A program made the position numbers and the translations under genes. From IMG/VR virus record IMGVR_UViG_3300028603_000021, positions 64,001 through 128,000 of that record: DNA of 64,000 bases; one strand, given 5' to 3'. The notes under the pieces were generated by a model. That model made no database searches, had not been told where the DNA came from, and worked only from the letters and a program-made list of their open reading frames with translations. Every line of letters begins with the position of its first letter. The stretch's first letter is position 1. The stretch comes from a virus (taxonomy: Duplodnaviria; Caudoviricetes). Of the stretch, positions 38,001-48,251 are shown in pieces.

Positions 38001-38792
38001 TGCTACGTTGTACTCACTTATCAGCCCTACTGCTCCAAGAACAGTCTCTTTGAAAGAGGGTACATCTACAGAGTACTGCCCCCTTCTGTCACCAGAACCA
38101 ATAACCCAAGAAAGGCCTTTGTTAACAGTAAGGTCGTCTTCGATAACATTACCGTCGTTGCCTATTTCTTGCTTACCGTCTTTGAAGTAAAAGTCCTTGG
38201 GATCATGGTAGAACCAGATAGTAACTGTGTCGTTGGGAGTCACAAGATCTTCTATGTTAAACCCTGAGTTAGGCCCAGATATCCTGAACCTAGCTACACC
38301 CAGGTCTTCGTCGGTGACTGCTTTTACTCCAGGATTACTTAGCAGCGATAGTGTATCTGGGAACTCCGGTAGGTCACCGTGGACAAGCTCTACTCTGTCC
38401 ATAGGCAGACCGGTAGCATTAGAGATAGCGTCCAAGTTATCTTTGTCAGTAACAAGAAGGAGGTCGTTAAGAGTGAACTTAACGTCAAATGAAGACTTGC
38501 TGTCAGCCCCGATCCCCGGCACCGTAGTCGTAGTTGACACAGACATGATGTTCAGCGGGAAAATCTTGTAGTATCCTTGGGACTTTTCGTACTCTCCCAC
38601 ACTGTTATACCCAGTAGAGAAAGATTTACGCGGGGCGCTTGCGTTTCCGCCTTCACTCCCCTCTCCCATACCTAACAACCCCAGGTCATAGGAATCAGGA
38701 GATAGCTCCCCACCTTCAGGATTAGGCCAGACGCTCTCTATAGCTACCAGGGCAAAGGCAGAGTAAAGTGGCGCATTCCCGTGGAACCTCAC
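35034..38792 (-). CDS. baseplate hub protein (gp27/gpD-like)
   Basis: FVDETGRIRYR, RYGMR, LRVRGNP..RAG, YLIERVSHTF, TALSL. Confidence 0.7.
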   Translation of the reverse strand: MRFHGNAPLYSAFALVAIESVWPNPEGGELSPDSYDLGLLGMGEGSEGGNASAPRKSFSTGYNSVGEYEKSQGYYKIFPLNIMSVSTTTTVPGIGADSKSSFDVKFTLNDLLLVTDKDNLDAISNATGLPMDRVELVHGDLPEFPDTLSLLSNPGVKAVTDEDLGVARFRISGPNSGFNIEDLVTPNDTVTIWFYHDPKDFYFKDGKQEIGNDGNVIEDDLTVNKGLSWVIGSGDRRGQYSVDVPSFKETVLGAVGLISEYNVATMEAVLSDLPETRVKGVTKENLADIFNSFLQESVAGSSFTERASKLDTDGNDIEGRMEKYTKQMFGDDIGHFIYEFLMKPMTSKDYEVKDGWNIEVVNRKRKEMLRYFISKLEVSDSGELLLSDDEQTVMEAASMGTGTAGYLEFFDLLGQPSTIVNGLNLFVASMNKELSDYLGASNTHLDSEGRRSKHLVTKTRQNFSNGRTIITSGAEKPTHGETPYLVLRGQISTVKTAVGSAQGAYTVTISGGGMEKIINEHEVFYESIYAADYMAKLQADYKSFFVYMSPPRAILAIVNRWAPKKILFGKPSSYYIDAANKLWVQSKGYKYKDLPDNKESIIAIDVDHLDLEEEVPIRGNVVMSEAIMARGEVDKSKLRVFSPVNYVDTTRIREMISVLDKSYTIPEQQAVINTSVMLSPGESIYSNLKRVVGVGAFYQVFVDETGRIRYRLTFEGMDRTPQPLYTPIIQDIDMLGEGASFEQSDAELKTMIDVRPLTGDGATARMGLAFMGRSVPEAGEVPLINLPPEAPPETIAPDFFRYGMRSQRTEDIYTSQPREAQRKAIIYRDFFSKPLKQANLRVRGNPAFRAGETVLVSLQNSKYRARTPVDIDKLISWLEGMDRDSMDMYIGVDERLLHPEYYEKTTGFEPIPGVSSTAFRTDPKDFVRRAIVSTLLFIKNSAPGVSVITPEYFPTTYWYFTQGDPPDGSGTFRGWDENAVLPSDVVDTYSALLSSALTGDRGAADTLNAIYQKRTAAGVMNAIRFQDFRVTSYLIERVSHTFTQDTEATTALSLNFGQDNLILLEPRNFLPVGFLSLEKKMRIGWESKIQRDVMYETYSDTPGASVLSPLQNMFVEQFKEDQLFKKGNFLYNAQGFRNTSNYMYDIALMEGLESTTSTEEATKEVFNEVVVSPTPDMERVNEVVQQYKADAIFMKKAKGISFPDRDLPASFENKDALGIYRPPQPGDYGNLFGAVDQKMWDETKKVPEESEE

Positions 38793-39421
38793 AGAGAACC
38801 CCAGACCTGTGATTTCTCCCCGAGCTTAGAGCTGTAGTCGTGCGATACAAACATCTGCAAGTCAGCGCTCACAGTAGTGTTGGTGTCTGCCCTGTACGAG
38901 AAGTCTAGTGAGTCAGTCACTACTTTATATCGTGCAGTAAGAGTAGTTTCACTGTCGAAGGTATCGTACCCTAGCAAGAAGGTACTGCCGAAGAACCTGC
39001 CTTGGTTAGATGACAGATAATGTATCGCCTTCAACCCGTCGTAGTAGTCTTTCCAGTTTTCCCCTGCTTTGATTATCTTGATCCTAAGACCTACTTTCTG
39101 TATACCTTGACCGAATGTTGTTACAGTGTTCCCACCCAGTGTGTTGTACTGTATGACTTTGTTCTTGACACCTGGAGCATACTCTTGCGCTAGTGCTACG
39201 CTAGTGTTGAACGGAAGTATGATTGTGGAGTTATACGCAAGCCGTAGAAGGTTGGCGAAGCGCATATCGCTGTGGGATACTGGGTATTCGTTAAGCGTAG
39301 AGTAGTCATCCCCAACCAGCTTCGTTTTCTCTCCAACGACATAAGTGCGCCTACCAGCCCCAGAAGTAAAGGACGGTCTCCATTGTAGCTGGTATCTCTG
39401 ATAGTTTCTGTTTACAGCCAT
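38789..39421 (-). CDS. putative tail tube initiator/baseplate protein
   Basis: Position between tape measure and hub; YNTLGGNTVTTFGQG. Confidence 0.5.
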   Translation of the reverse strand: MAVNRNYQRYQLQWRPSFTSGAGRRTYVVGEKTKLVGDDYSTLNEYPVSHSDMRFANLLRLAYNSTIILPFNTSVALAQEYAPGVKNKVIQYNTLGGNTVTTFGQGIQKVGLRIKIIKAGENWKDYYDGLKAIHYLSSNQGRFFGSTFLLGYDTFDSETTLTARYKVVTDSLDFSYRADTNTTVSADLQMFVSHDYSSKLGEKSQVWGSL

Positions 39422-39422
39422 A

Positions 39423-42026
39423 TCATTGCGCTCCGTTAACTAACTGTTCTTGTATAAACCTTGCAAATGCTACCTTATCCGAGTAATCAAACTTTATATC
39501 TAGGAACAAAGAGGATATTTTTTCAGAAATAGCTAACTCCACATCGCGTCTGGTAAGGTTCTTCATTTCCCACTCAGTGCTCTGATCAACATTCAACCAT
39601 GCGTTAGCTCTCAATGCCTCTGGCCCGAAAAATGTTCCGTTAGCATCTACGAAACCTTCTTCACCCATCAGTACAAAATTGTCCGGCTTACCAACCGCAG
39701 CGGGGAATAGTACTGTAAGATATAAGTCAGTTAAGCTCATGCCGGGCTTTATGCCTTTTTTCTTGAAATACTTGACGACATACTCAAACTGTTCCTTATA
39801 ACTCATATCATACAATGCTTCTATTGATGTCCCTAAGTCTTCCTTAGCTACCTCGGGCATAAACTGTATCAAACCCGTGGCCTTGGTGTCTGGGTTACGC
39901 GCCTTAGTAGAAAACAACATACCGTCTGTATTGGTTTCTACAAACATTATTGACAGCAGGTCTATGGGACTGATGCCCAGTTCTTTAGAAGCCGCCATCA
40001 CTTCGTCAAGAAACTCATCACTCATCTTACCACGATACTGCGGAGCAGCTAGGATACGTAACATATCCCGACTCCAACCACCTAAGTTAAGAGCCCCGCG
40101 AAGGTTTTCAAGATTCTTTGCTTCAGCTTCAGATGAGGCGATACCCCCTGTGTGATACTGTGGCGAGGATATACCCCCTCCGTAAACACCGCTACCAGAG
40201 CGCCCACCGCTGTGGCTACCACGTTGGTACTGCATTCCCAACAAATCGGCAGTTTTCTTTGCAAACGTAAGACTCAGTTCTGTAATTCTAGTGCTATTGT
40301 ATACCACACTCATTATGTAGTCGTTCATGTCTAGCAGGTTATTGACATTGCTTCTTATCATGTCAGATAATGCCATTTCTTGATCTGCTATCAATGCTGC
40401 CCAAGTAGGCATTTTAGCTTTTCTAAAAGCCTGTGCTCTACTAGTGAGATTCTCGTTGGCTTCGTTATACGCCTTAACTACTTCTATACTGGATTTCCCA
40501 GATACTTGAGCTTCTAAAGCGATAACAATAGGCTGTATAGCTGATTTTTCAAGGTGTAACAGATCCATCAGATAAGGCACGAGCATGTTATAACCCTCTT
40601 CTGACAGATGCCCGTTAACAAATGACTGCTTCCCGATGCCAAGCTTACGACTTATACCTGTAAGCATCTTGGGTAGTAGAGTAGCATCCCCTGTAAGGCC
40701 GTGTATAGCTTCTTCAGGGGTTATACCTGACAACGCTAGCAGCTCGTTAGCTCTCGGATTATCTAACATTGCCCCCGCCATGAGCACTGAATCTAAATTC
40801 TGAACCAATGCTTGGACAGGAGCAACGGTCTGCAACCTTACGAGTTCTGTCCCAGAGAAAAACGCGGCTATCTTTGCTAGCTCTAGAGGTGAGCCAGTGT
40901 TGAACTTAGTTGCAAACCCGTAGGTGTTAGCGAAATCAGCGAGAGCATTCACCATATCTGTCTGAGATGTTATAAGGGAACCATCGCCAGATAAAGCACC
41001 GAAGAATGTTATAAACTGCTCAGATATATCGTCAACAGTCTGTTTAGGAACCAAGCTCAGAGACTGGAAGGCATTCTGTCCCTCTAAATTCCCTAGCAGC
41101 GTAGGATACACTGTGGAAGCAGCAAGAAATCCCCGGTCAGTTCCCATAGGAGTTGTGGGTGCGACAGACTTAAGCAGGGCACCTAGTGACTGGTATTCAT
41201 ACCCAAGCATGCGGGTATTAACACCCATAACATCATGACTAGCTACTCCTTGTAAAAAACCATACCCTCTATCACCGGCGAACCTAGAACCAGACAACAC
41301 CCCTAAGAAATTCTCAGACTCGCCAGTTATGCGTTGTTTATCATAGAGGTTTGCCGCAAAACTTTGAGCAGCTCTTCTGTAACTATAACTATCTGCTAAA
41401 AACTGCCCCAGCGGTCGCATACCGTATTCCCCAATGATGTATGCAGCAACATCACCAGCCACAGCTATAGCAAACGCTACTGGGTTGACTCTTGTGAATA
41501 ACTCAGCAAACCTAGCTCCCTCTCGAAGTCTTTTAATCCCACGGATAATGCTTGGTATGTCCTTGACTACCTTCATCAGACCATACCCACCAAGAAAAAT
41601 GTTTGACGCTACCTGCCCCCAGTGGAACTTTTGTTCCTCTGCGTCTTTTATAGCATCCCCAATCTTTCTAGATAACGAAGACCCTAAGTTAGACAACGTA
41701 GCCAACGCAGGTATTTTCTCGTAAGAGAACCTATCTTGTATCTTCCTACGGGAAAATACTAGAGCAGGAAGAGAAACAGCAGATATAAGAGATTTATACT
41801 CGGTTAAATCTTTCTCAAGCTCGTCAAAGTCAGGAATACCAGCTTTCCCACCCCCATTAATCTCTTGAAAAGAAAAGCGTATATTATCTCGAACTTTTTC
41901 TAGTTCTGCATCGTCAAAACCGTCGTTGATGAGGTCAAACATCTCTGGATCGATTCCCTCACCAAGTAGGTAAGATTTTACTTTAAGGGGTAATGTGTCC
42001 CACATATTCACGCGCCGTAGTTCCAC
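39423..42026 (-). CDS. tape-measure-like protein with C-terminal lytic transglycosylase domain
   Basis: Helical body; LLSIMFVET...ATGLIQFMP...EQFEYVVKYF; start may be ATG 42005. Confidence 0.75.
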   Translation of the reverse strand: MELRRVNMWDTLPLKVKSYLLGEGIDPEMFDLINDGFDDAELEKVRDNIRFSFQEINGGGKAGIPDFDELEKDLTEYKSLISAVSLPALVFSRRKIQDRFSYEKIPALATLSNLGSSLSRKIGDAIKDAEEQKFHWGQVASNIFLGGYGLMKVVKDIPSIIRGIKRLREGARFAELFTRVNPVAFAIAVAGDVAAYIIGEYGMRPLGQFLADSYSYRRAAQSFAANLYDKQRITGESENFLGVLSGSRFAGDRGYGFLQGVASHDVMGVNTRMLGYEYQSLGALLKSVAPTTPMGTDRGFLAASTVYPTLLGNLEGQNAFQSLSLVPKQTVDDISEQFITFFGALSGDGSLITSQTDMVNALADFANTYGFATKFNTGSPLELAKIAAFFSGTELVRLQTVAPVQALVQNLDSVLMAGAMLDNPRANELLALSGITPEEAIHGLTGDATLLPKMLTGISRKLGIGKQSFVNGHLSEEGYNMLVPYLMDLLHLEKSAIQPIVIALEAQVSGKSSIEVVKAYNEANENLTSRAQAFRKAKMPTWAALIADQEMALSDMIRSNVNNLLDMNDYIMSVVYNSTRITELSLTFAKKTADLLGMQYQRGSHSGGRSGSGVYGGGISSPQYHTGGIASSEAEAKNLENLRGALNLGGWSRDMLRILAAPQYRGKMSDEFLDEVMAASKELGISPIDLLSIMFVETNTDGMLFSTKARNPDTKATGLIQFMPEVAKEDLGTSIEALYDMSYKEQFEYVVKYFKKKGIKPGMSLTDLYLTVLFPAAVGKPDNFVLMGEEGFVDANGTFFGPEALRANAWLNVDQSTEWEMKNLTRRDVELAISEKISSLFLDIKFDYSDKVAFARFIQEQLVNGAQ

Positions 42027-45000
42027 CGCTTGATATCACCAACATGTTCTATCGTTGCCACCATATTATCCAGCTCTTGCTCAAACCTTGTGCCCGTAAC
42101 AACTACTTCAAACCTAGCTGTCTCACCGGAATCCGTTATAGCAGATGACATAGCACTACGAGTCTGACCGATGCTCCCCGTGTTGGGTGTAACGGTAAAG
42201 TTTGGTGCTTTGGTTATAGAGTAACCTGGATCTACCGACGCCAGTGTGAACAAACTACCCATATTATTAAGACTACTCGACCCCGACGGCGGCGCTACAT
42301 CGTCTGTCGGTAACGAGGGGAGTGTTCCGGGTTTTGGAGGAATCGTAACTGGCTTAAGCCAACCTTCTTCATCTCTTTCGTTTATCCTGTCTAAATATCC
42401 CTTAGCCCCTTCTGAAGGAATTGAAAAAACTGCCCTGATTGTATCTATGATACTACCCACAAGGGTAGGTGGTGGATACAACAGCTTTCCAGCTTCCGCA
42501 TACAGAACATCTAACCCTTTTTGGGCATAAGCCATAAATTGACTAACATTGTCTTCACGGATAAACCTCATCATAAGCTGGTTTAACCCCATGTTAGTTT
42601 CCATAACTGCTTGCGATGCTGTAGTTAGAGCCGCCGTTTGCTCAGCCAAAGAAGCCACCAACCCACCCAGCTGGGATTCAACTATAGCGTCTATCCTATC
42701 GTGCTGGTCTTTCTGTGCTGCATCTAAAGCATCTTGAATTTCCTTCTTTGTTTTCTCGCTGTCTAAGTCACCGCCTTGCTGTACTGTTTTTATCAAGCTC
42801 ATCAAGACGTTGACATCATCTATGCCAGTTATCTTACGCATCTCTAGAAGAGCACCAACAGCATAGTTGCTGCTGAAAACAGATTTAGAATCACCAAAGT
42901 CTACACCTTGAAGCATAGCGTTATCTGTGAAGAAAGATATCCTGTTACTCATAACCGACATCTTACCGGTCACTATATCCTCAAGAGAAGACCCAAGAGA
43001 CAGGTCAAGAGCCATCATAGCGGGGTCATCCAGAGAACGCTTGATACCTCCCTGGATCATCTGCATAACCTGGTCAAAGACTTGAGGGTTAGTCTGTATT
43101 ATATCCCCGAGGGGAGTGCCACTTTTAACGAGATTAATGCGAAAACTCGCTACTTCTTTCTGTAGCTCGTCACTGTTACGAGCAAGGTTCTGCAACTTCA
43201 GAGACTGTGTAGTGTTCAGAAGAGCTTGAGTGACAGCATTTACAGTAAACGCGCTTATGTTGCCTTCTGCATCCGCTCCGGCTCCCACAAACAGATCCAT
43301 TGTCTTAGCTATATCTGTTGAGCCAAACCCCTGTGCAGTAGCCATCATACCAGTTATAGATTCTGGGTTGAGCCCATACGCCCCGCCTATCCTAGCAGAA
43401 AGAAGAGCCGCCCGGTCTATACCTATACCTCGACCAGCTAGCTGTGTAGCAGCAGTAGAAGTAAGGCCACCAAGCTCGTCTGAAGTTATACCCATGCTAT
43501 ACAGCCATGACCTGCCCTGGTCATCCCTGGTACTTGCCACCATTTCATCTAAAAATCTGTTACCAGTCCCTATGCCTAAACGTGCAGCAGCTTCGTCATC
43601 ATAGTAATATCCAAAATTACCTTTAGCAAACCCTGGACGTGATGCGGTCAGAGACATAAGGCCAGCTTGGCTGTTTTGCCAGTTACCAACCATTCTTTTA
43701 GGGTCTAAAAGTGTTTGGGCAATGTTCATACCCATAATTTCTTCTCTAGATTTTATAATTCCCATACCGCGTAACATTTCATCGCCACTACCGAATAAAC
43801 CGGTAGCACCAAGTATGCCACCAGCCGCAGCTAAAGCCAAGCCGGGGATAACTTTCTTCCCACCCGTTGCAGCCAAAGCAAAACCGGCACCAGTAATACC
43901 AAGACCAGTTCCGGCCACAGTCTGATTCCAGCCAAGCTCGAACTGCGCATTCTGTGCAAGAGCAGAACCTAAAACAGACCCAATCTCTCCCTGCTGACCT
44001 ATAGCGCTTAAGGTAGGCCTTGTAACATAAGTATACGGGTCTTGCAGCATGATACGAGATGCATTAGCACCTATAGATAACATGCCCATCAGACTTATTG
44101 TGCCTGAAAGAACCTTCTGCAACCCGGTTTTAGTCTCTTTGTTACTCTCCTTAAAGAGAGAATCCAGCTGTGAAAGTAGCTTATTCTTAGCACTCACCGC
44201 GCTGAGCATCTCAGTTCTCTCTAGCGGGTCACTGTCCCCCGTGAGCTTCTTGTAAAGATCTTGCAGCTCTTCTCTGGTGCTTATCTGCATCTCTTTGAGG
44301 ACGGCACGAGTCTCCTCAGGCACCTCAGCACCGAGGCTCTTACCGAGCCGTGCCACCTTGAGAAGCTCTAAGGCGTTTTCTTCCTCTGGAGTGTGGGAAT
44401 ATCCCGCTGTGTCACCCGTTGTTTTCCCTAAGAGAGTCCCAACCTGAGCCATGAGGTTAGACTTAGACGAGATAGCATAGCCTAGCCTCTGCCTAGCGTG
44501 CCCAGCAGGTGTGCCAGAATACTCACCATACAGGTTGGTTACATCGCCGGAGAGCATAGCATACGCTTCCTCAAGCTCTGCTCTCTGCTCCGGTGACATT
44601 GCGATACCAGTACGCTTACCACCCCTGATGGTGTTCAGTAGAGCATTGATATCAGCTTCTCTTTCTGTCCTGTGGTACTTAACATCCGTAGAAGAAACGC
44701 TGTGTTTTACTAACTTTTCTTGGAGTTTACGTACATCCGCTTCTGCCTTAGCAAAGATCAAATCAGACTTTGCCGGGATTGGCATAGCCAAACCAGCTTC
44801 TATCTTGGCTTTAAATTCAGGCCTCGTAAAAACACTCGTTAAAGCATCGGCTAAAACCCGAGCCGCTGTGTTACTTCTTTCGGCGTCAGCTGTCCTACCA
44901 CTTGCGGCTGCAAACTGGGATTGCTGGTGGAATAACCGCAGAGCGGCAACACCTGCGTCAGTATGAGCCTCACCAAACGCTAGACCCTTTGCATTATAAA

Positions 45001-45166
45001 ACGGATCATTTATGCCTGCTTCCCTAAAGATGTTGAACAACAATTTTATCTGATCGTCGTTAAGCAGCTTACGAACCTCTACCATGGAGGAGTCGTTTAG
45101 GTCAAGTCCAATCGGCTCGTTGGGCGGTGTCCCACCAGGTATGCGCGGTTTTTTAGGTATTGCCAT
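42008..45166 (-). CDS. tail tape measure protein
   Basis: 1052 aa helical, Gly/Ala-rich hydrophobic segments, directly after the chaperone genes. Confidence 0.75.
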   Translation of the reverse strand: MAIPKKPRIPGGTPPNEPIGLDLNDSSMVEVRKLLNDDQIKLLFNIFREAGINDPFYNAKGLAFGEAHTDAGVAALRLFHQQSQFAAASGRTADAERSNTAARVLADALTSVFTRPEFKAKIEAGLAMPIPAKSDLIFAKAEADVRKLQEKLVKHSVSSTDVKYHRTEREADINALLNTIRGGKRTGIAMSPEQRAELEEAYAMLSGDVTNLYGEYSGTPAGHARQRLGYAISSKSNLMAQVGTLLGKTTGDTAGYSHTPEEENALELLKVARLGKSLGAEVPEETRAVLKEMQISTREELQDLYKKLTGDSDPLERTEMLSAVSAKNKLLSQLDSLFKESNKETKTGLQKVLSGTISLMGMLSIGANASRIMLQDPYTYVTRPTLSAIGQQGEIGSVLGSALAQNAQFELGWNQTVAGTGLGITGAGFALAATGGKKVIPGLALAAAGGILGATGLFGSGDEMLRGMGIIKSREEIMGMNIAQTLLDPKRMVGNWQNSQAGLMSLTASRPGFAKGNFGYYYDDEAAARLGIGTGNRFLDEMVASTRDDQGRSWLYSMGITSDELGGLTSTAATQLAGRGIGIDRAALLSARIGGAYGLNPESITGMMATAQGFGSTDIAKTMDLFVGAGADAEGNISAFTVNAVTQALLNTTQSLKLQNLARNSDELQKEVASFRINLVKSGTPLGDIIQTNPQVFDQVMQMIQGGIKRSLDDPAMMALDLSLGSSLEDIVTGKMSVMSNRISFFTDNAMLQGVDFGDSKSVFSSNYAVGALLEMRKITGIDDVNVLMSLIKTVQQGGDLDSEKTKKEIQDALDAAQKDQHDRIDAIVESQLGGLVASLAEQTAALTTASQAVMETNMGLNQLMMRFIREDNVSQFMAYAQKGLDVLYAEAGKLLYPPPTLVGSIIDTIRAVFSIPSEGAKGYLDRINERDEEGWLKPVTIPPKPGTLPSLPTDDVAPPSGSSSLNNMGSLFTLASVDPGYSITKAPNFTVTPNTGSIGQTRSAMSSAITDSGETARFEVVVTGTRFEQELDNMVATIEHVGDIKRWNYGA

Positions 45167-45169
45167 TAA

Positions 45170-45511
45170 TTACTCACCTCTGCGACGTTGCTCAGCGTCT
45201 ATGACAGAAAACATATCGTCGTCTACATCTAGAGAATCTAGGTCGTCTCCTAGGTAGTCCTCAACCATGCTGAGCCAGTTCGGGTCTCCTTCTTCGATCA
45301 TCTGGTCAACGCGGCGAGCGATATCCATATCCTCTTGCTCTGCTTTTGTAACTTCCTTACGGTTACCCAAGAGAAGCTCCACGACGGTGTAGATGTTGTA
45401 GTGTTCTTCTGTCCACTCATCGACCTCCGGGGCGAAAGGTAAGTTACCGTCGTGTTTCTTTCTCCAGGCGTCGATTATGTTCGACCAGCGATAAGTGGCT
45501 AGGAGTTTTTT
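45170..45511 (-). CDS. tail assembly chaperone, -1 frameshift extension (GT-like)
   Basis: -1 frame is open from slippery site A AAA AAC (45505-45511) through KLLATYRWSN... into the called 70-aa ORF. Confidence 0.8.
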   Translation of the reverse strand, partial: KKLLATYRWSNIIDAWRKKHDGNLPFAPEVDEWTEEHYNIYTVVELLLGNRKEVTKAEQEDMDIARRVDQMIEEGDPNWLSMVEDYLGDDLDSLDVDDDMFSVIDAEQRRRGE

Positions 45512-45954
45512 ACTTCGTCATCCGAAAGCACAGTTTCATCCAGCCACTTAGCAAGGAGAACGATAACCACGCTCACGAACGAGTCTTCTGACTCGCCTTT
45601 GTTATAGACTTCTTCTACCGTGTACTTATCGAACACAGCGCTGTACTCAGTATCAACCTTGGGGTCGAACGGGTACTCCTTACCGTCTACCAGTATACGG
45701 TGCACGTATGCGTTAAGCTGACCCCAGTACTGAAGAACCAGGGTTCCAGAGTTTTCGTCGTCTGGGTCGTAGCCATATTCCTTTATCTTGCGGAACGACC
45801 AGGCCTTTCCCTTGTGCTTGCCAGCGATAGTCGGACGCTTGAATGTTACCTTGCAATCAAACCCAGGAACCTCGAAAGGCTCACTCTCTTCGTTGATCAA
45901 CAAGCCTACGAGTTTAGTCTCTGCTTCCATGTTATCTTGTCCTTTCTTTACCAT
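45499..45954 (-). CDS. tail assembly chaperone (G-like)
   Basis: Between tube and tape measure; ends GTA AAA AAC TCC TAG; start 45954 (leaderless) or 45930. Confidence 0.8.
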   Translation of the reverse strand: MVKKGQDNMEAETKLVGLLINEESEPFEVPGFDCKVTFKRPTIAGKHKGKAWSFRKIKEYGYDPDDENSGTLVLQYWGQLNAYVHRILVDGKEYPFDPKVDTEYSAVFDKYTVEEVYNKGESEDSFVSVVIVLLAKWLDETVLSDDEVKNS

Positions 45955-45989
45955 AGTTTTTATTATATCACACAAGTGAAAATTCCAAG

Positions 45990-46015
45990 AAAAAACCCTC
46001 CTTTCTCAAGGAGGG
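45990..46015 (-). terminator. intrinsic terminator after tail tube gene 2
   Basis: CCCUCCUU-GAGA-AAGGAGGG followed by U6. Confidence 0.85.
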
Positions 46016-46036
46016 CTGCTCTGCGTAGTAAAAACG

Positions 46037-46729
46037 CTAGCTTGAGTATCCCCACATAACGTCGTACAAGATCTCTGACATACCGACCTTGTTATCACCG
46101 TTGTTGTCTCTCAAGGCATCCTTCATGGCCTCGCTGAGCCAAGAGCCGCTTATCGGACGGGCTACTGCGTTCACGCTGTCCATGATAACAGCCTGGTTAG
46201 AAGACATGGAGATAGAAGCACTCTGCAAGACACAGACATACATGCCTATGCTGCTGCTTCTAGCTTTCACATCCCCAGGCTTAGCAGGTTGGTTGTCGAA
46301 GGTTATGTTTGATTTGTTGTAGCTGTCTGAAACTCTGTTCCTAGTAGCGAGGATGAACATAAAAGGAAACATCTGCTTGCCAGTCCTAGCATCTATAACC
46401 GCCGGAGATGCGTTTGTAAGGCTCACAGGGGACTCGTATGTTTTTCCTACGTGAGCCCACAGGGGGTTGAAGGCACCTAGGTTACGGAAATCCGCACCGT
46501 CTATCGTGGCCTTTTCTAGACGTATAGTAGTCTGCTGGAACCCAGACACAAGGACGGGCAGGGGAGTGCCGATAGTATTCTCTGCTCTACTCCCGAAATT
46601 GTCATCTACATTGATATTCTGTGCCATTCCAACGGTCTTAAGCCTGACACTGCTCGCAGTTGCAGCGGCTGGGGAATAGTCCTCAGGCGGAACGAGCACT
46701 TGGATTGTTGCGAAATGGGAAACTCTCAT
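46037..46729 (-). CDS. tail tube protein 2
   Basis: KTVGMAQNINVDDNFG...IG paralogous to 48252-48965; position after sheath. Confidence 0.7.
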   Translation of the reverse strand: MRVSHFATIQVLVPPEDYSPAAATASSVRLKTVGMAQNINVDDNFGSRAENTIGTPLPVLVSGFQQTTIRLEKATIDGADFRNLGAFNPLWAHVGKTYESPVSLTNASPAVIDARTGKQMFPFMFILATRNRVSDSYNKSNITFDNQPAKPGDVKARSSSIGMYVCVLQSASISMSSNQAVIMDSVNAVARPISGSWLSEAMKDALRDNNGDNKVGMSEILYDVMWGYSS

Positions 46730-46792
46730 GTTTGTGTTTACCTCCGAGATAATCGGTTATAAAAGAAGCTAGATGGATTTATTATAGCATGG

Positions 46793-48208
46793 CTATATGG
46801 AAAGCTCCCACCTTACTGTTTTACATCCGAATACCTGATAAAACCCCTCTGCCGCAGCCATCTCTTTCTCAGAAGAATACTCCATCTCGGGGTTTCTCTT
46901 TTTAACGTTCTTGCGTTGAAACTGCCATCTGTCTGCCAAAACTCTGCCGTTTGTGTAGTATAAGCGTGGGGACGTGCTTACTGATTTCTCAGAAAAGCCG
47001 TTAGACCTGTATAATCCTCCGTCGCTGTATGCCATGTCTGAGTATGAAACTATCTTCTCTGGAGAGTAATGCTTAACGAAGTAAGACAGCAGCTTAGAAA
47101 AACCACCCACCACAAGTGTGTGCCTGAGAACTGCAAACCTTGACAGATACCACCCAGACTGGCTTTTCTTCATGCCCATAACCGCAACAAGACGTGAGGA
47201 GCTGTCAAACAAACCCAGGCGTATACGTGCGTCTACGCTTCCCTGAAGGTGGTTATGTGAAAGGAATTCCCTGTAGTCTTCGGTTGAAACATCAGAAACA
47301 GTGGTTTTCCTAGCGTATACCCGGTTAGTTTCTCTGCCGAGCTTGTTTTTCGCCCAAGACAGCACAAGATCAAAATCAGTCAGGCTGTCGTACCACACGT
47401 GGTACAGTTTTATCCCAGCTCTTGCAGCGGCCTCTGTTTTCTCTTGGTGATACATCCTGGGCTTGTGCAGAGAGCTGTGCCAGTATACTCCGTTTATCTC
47501 GAAAGCCACTTTCTCGTCAGAGAACCACAGATCCAGCTCTTGCCCGTTATCTAACAGGTCTTTCTTGTTAGCCTCTCCGCCTAAGTTATCAAGCAGGTGT
47601 TTGTGAAGCGGAGAAATCTGACACACCGGGCACCCGTAGCCCGATAGATGGTTGTTCGGTTGCTGCTTGAAGACATGTCCGTTAGGACAGACTATAGACA
47701 CTTTGTCTACAGCGGTGATGTAGTCAACCATTGAGTAATTATACTCAACATCCAGAGTACTTCTAGCCTTTTCGATGAATGTCTCTGTTGTTGCCCTTTT
47801 AGAGAGCCCCTTCTTTATGTTGCCGCAAGACGGGCATCCCTGCCCCCTCAGATGTGCGTCTGGGGTTTGGTAGAAAGCTCCGTGTTCTGGGCAGACTATC
47901 TCGACCTTTTCTCTAGCGTTAGTATAAGAAACCCGCGAGTAGTCGTAGATGTCGCCGTGAGCCTGCTTAGCTCTCTTTTCGAACTCCTCTGCTGTACTCC
48001 TAGCAGCTCGATCTCTAGCTGCACACATCATACACCCATGACCCTTAGCGTGGGAGTACGGAATCTGTGTGAACTCTCCGTGCTCCGGGCATATAAAAGT
48101 AGCAGGGCGCTCAGCGCCCCGATACTCGTATCTCTCGTAGCTGTATCTTCCGTCGTGGACGTTTGATAGGTTAGCGGGGGTGTATTTATCTGGTATAACC
48201 AAAATCAT
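46793..48208 (-). mobile_element. homing-endonuclease-like gene copy B (3 Zn repeats + Vsr-like + GNAT-like)
   Basis: CPEHG..Q.P..H..G.GC..C repeats; ELDLWF...EINGVYWHS; LSRF...VGGFSKLL; promoter TAGACA-17-TAAGAT. Confidence 0.8.
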
Positions 48209-48251
48209 CCCTTCTTGCTAACTGTATCTTACCACAGCGGGAACAATGTGT

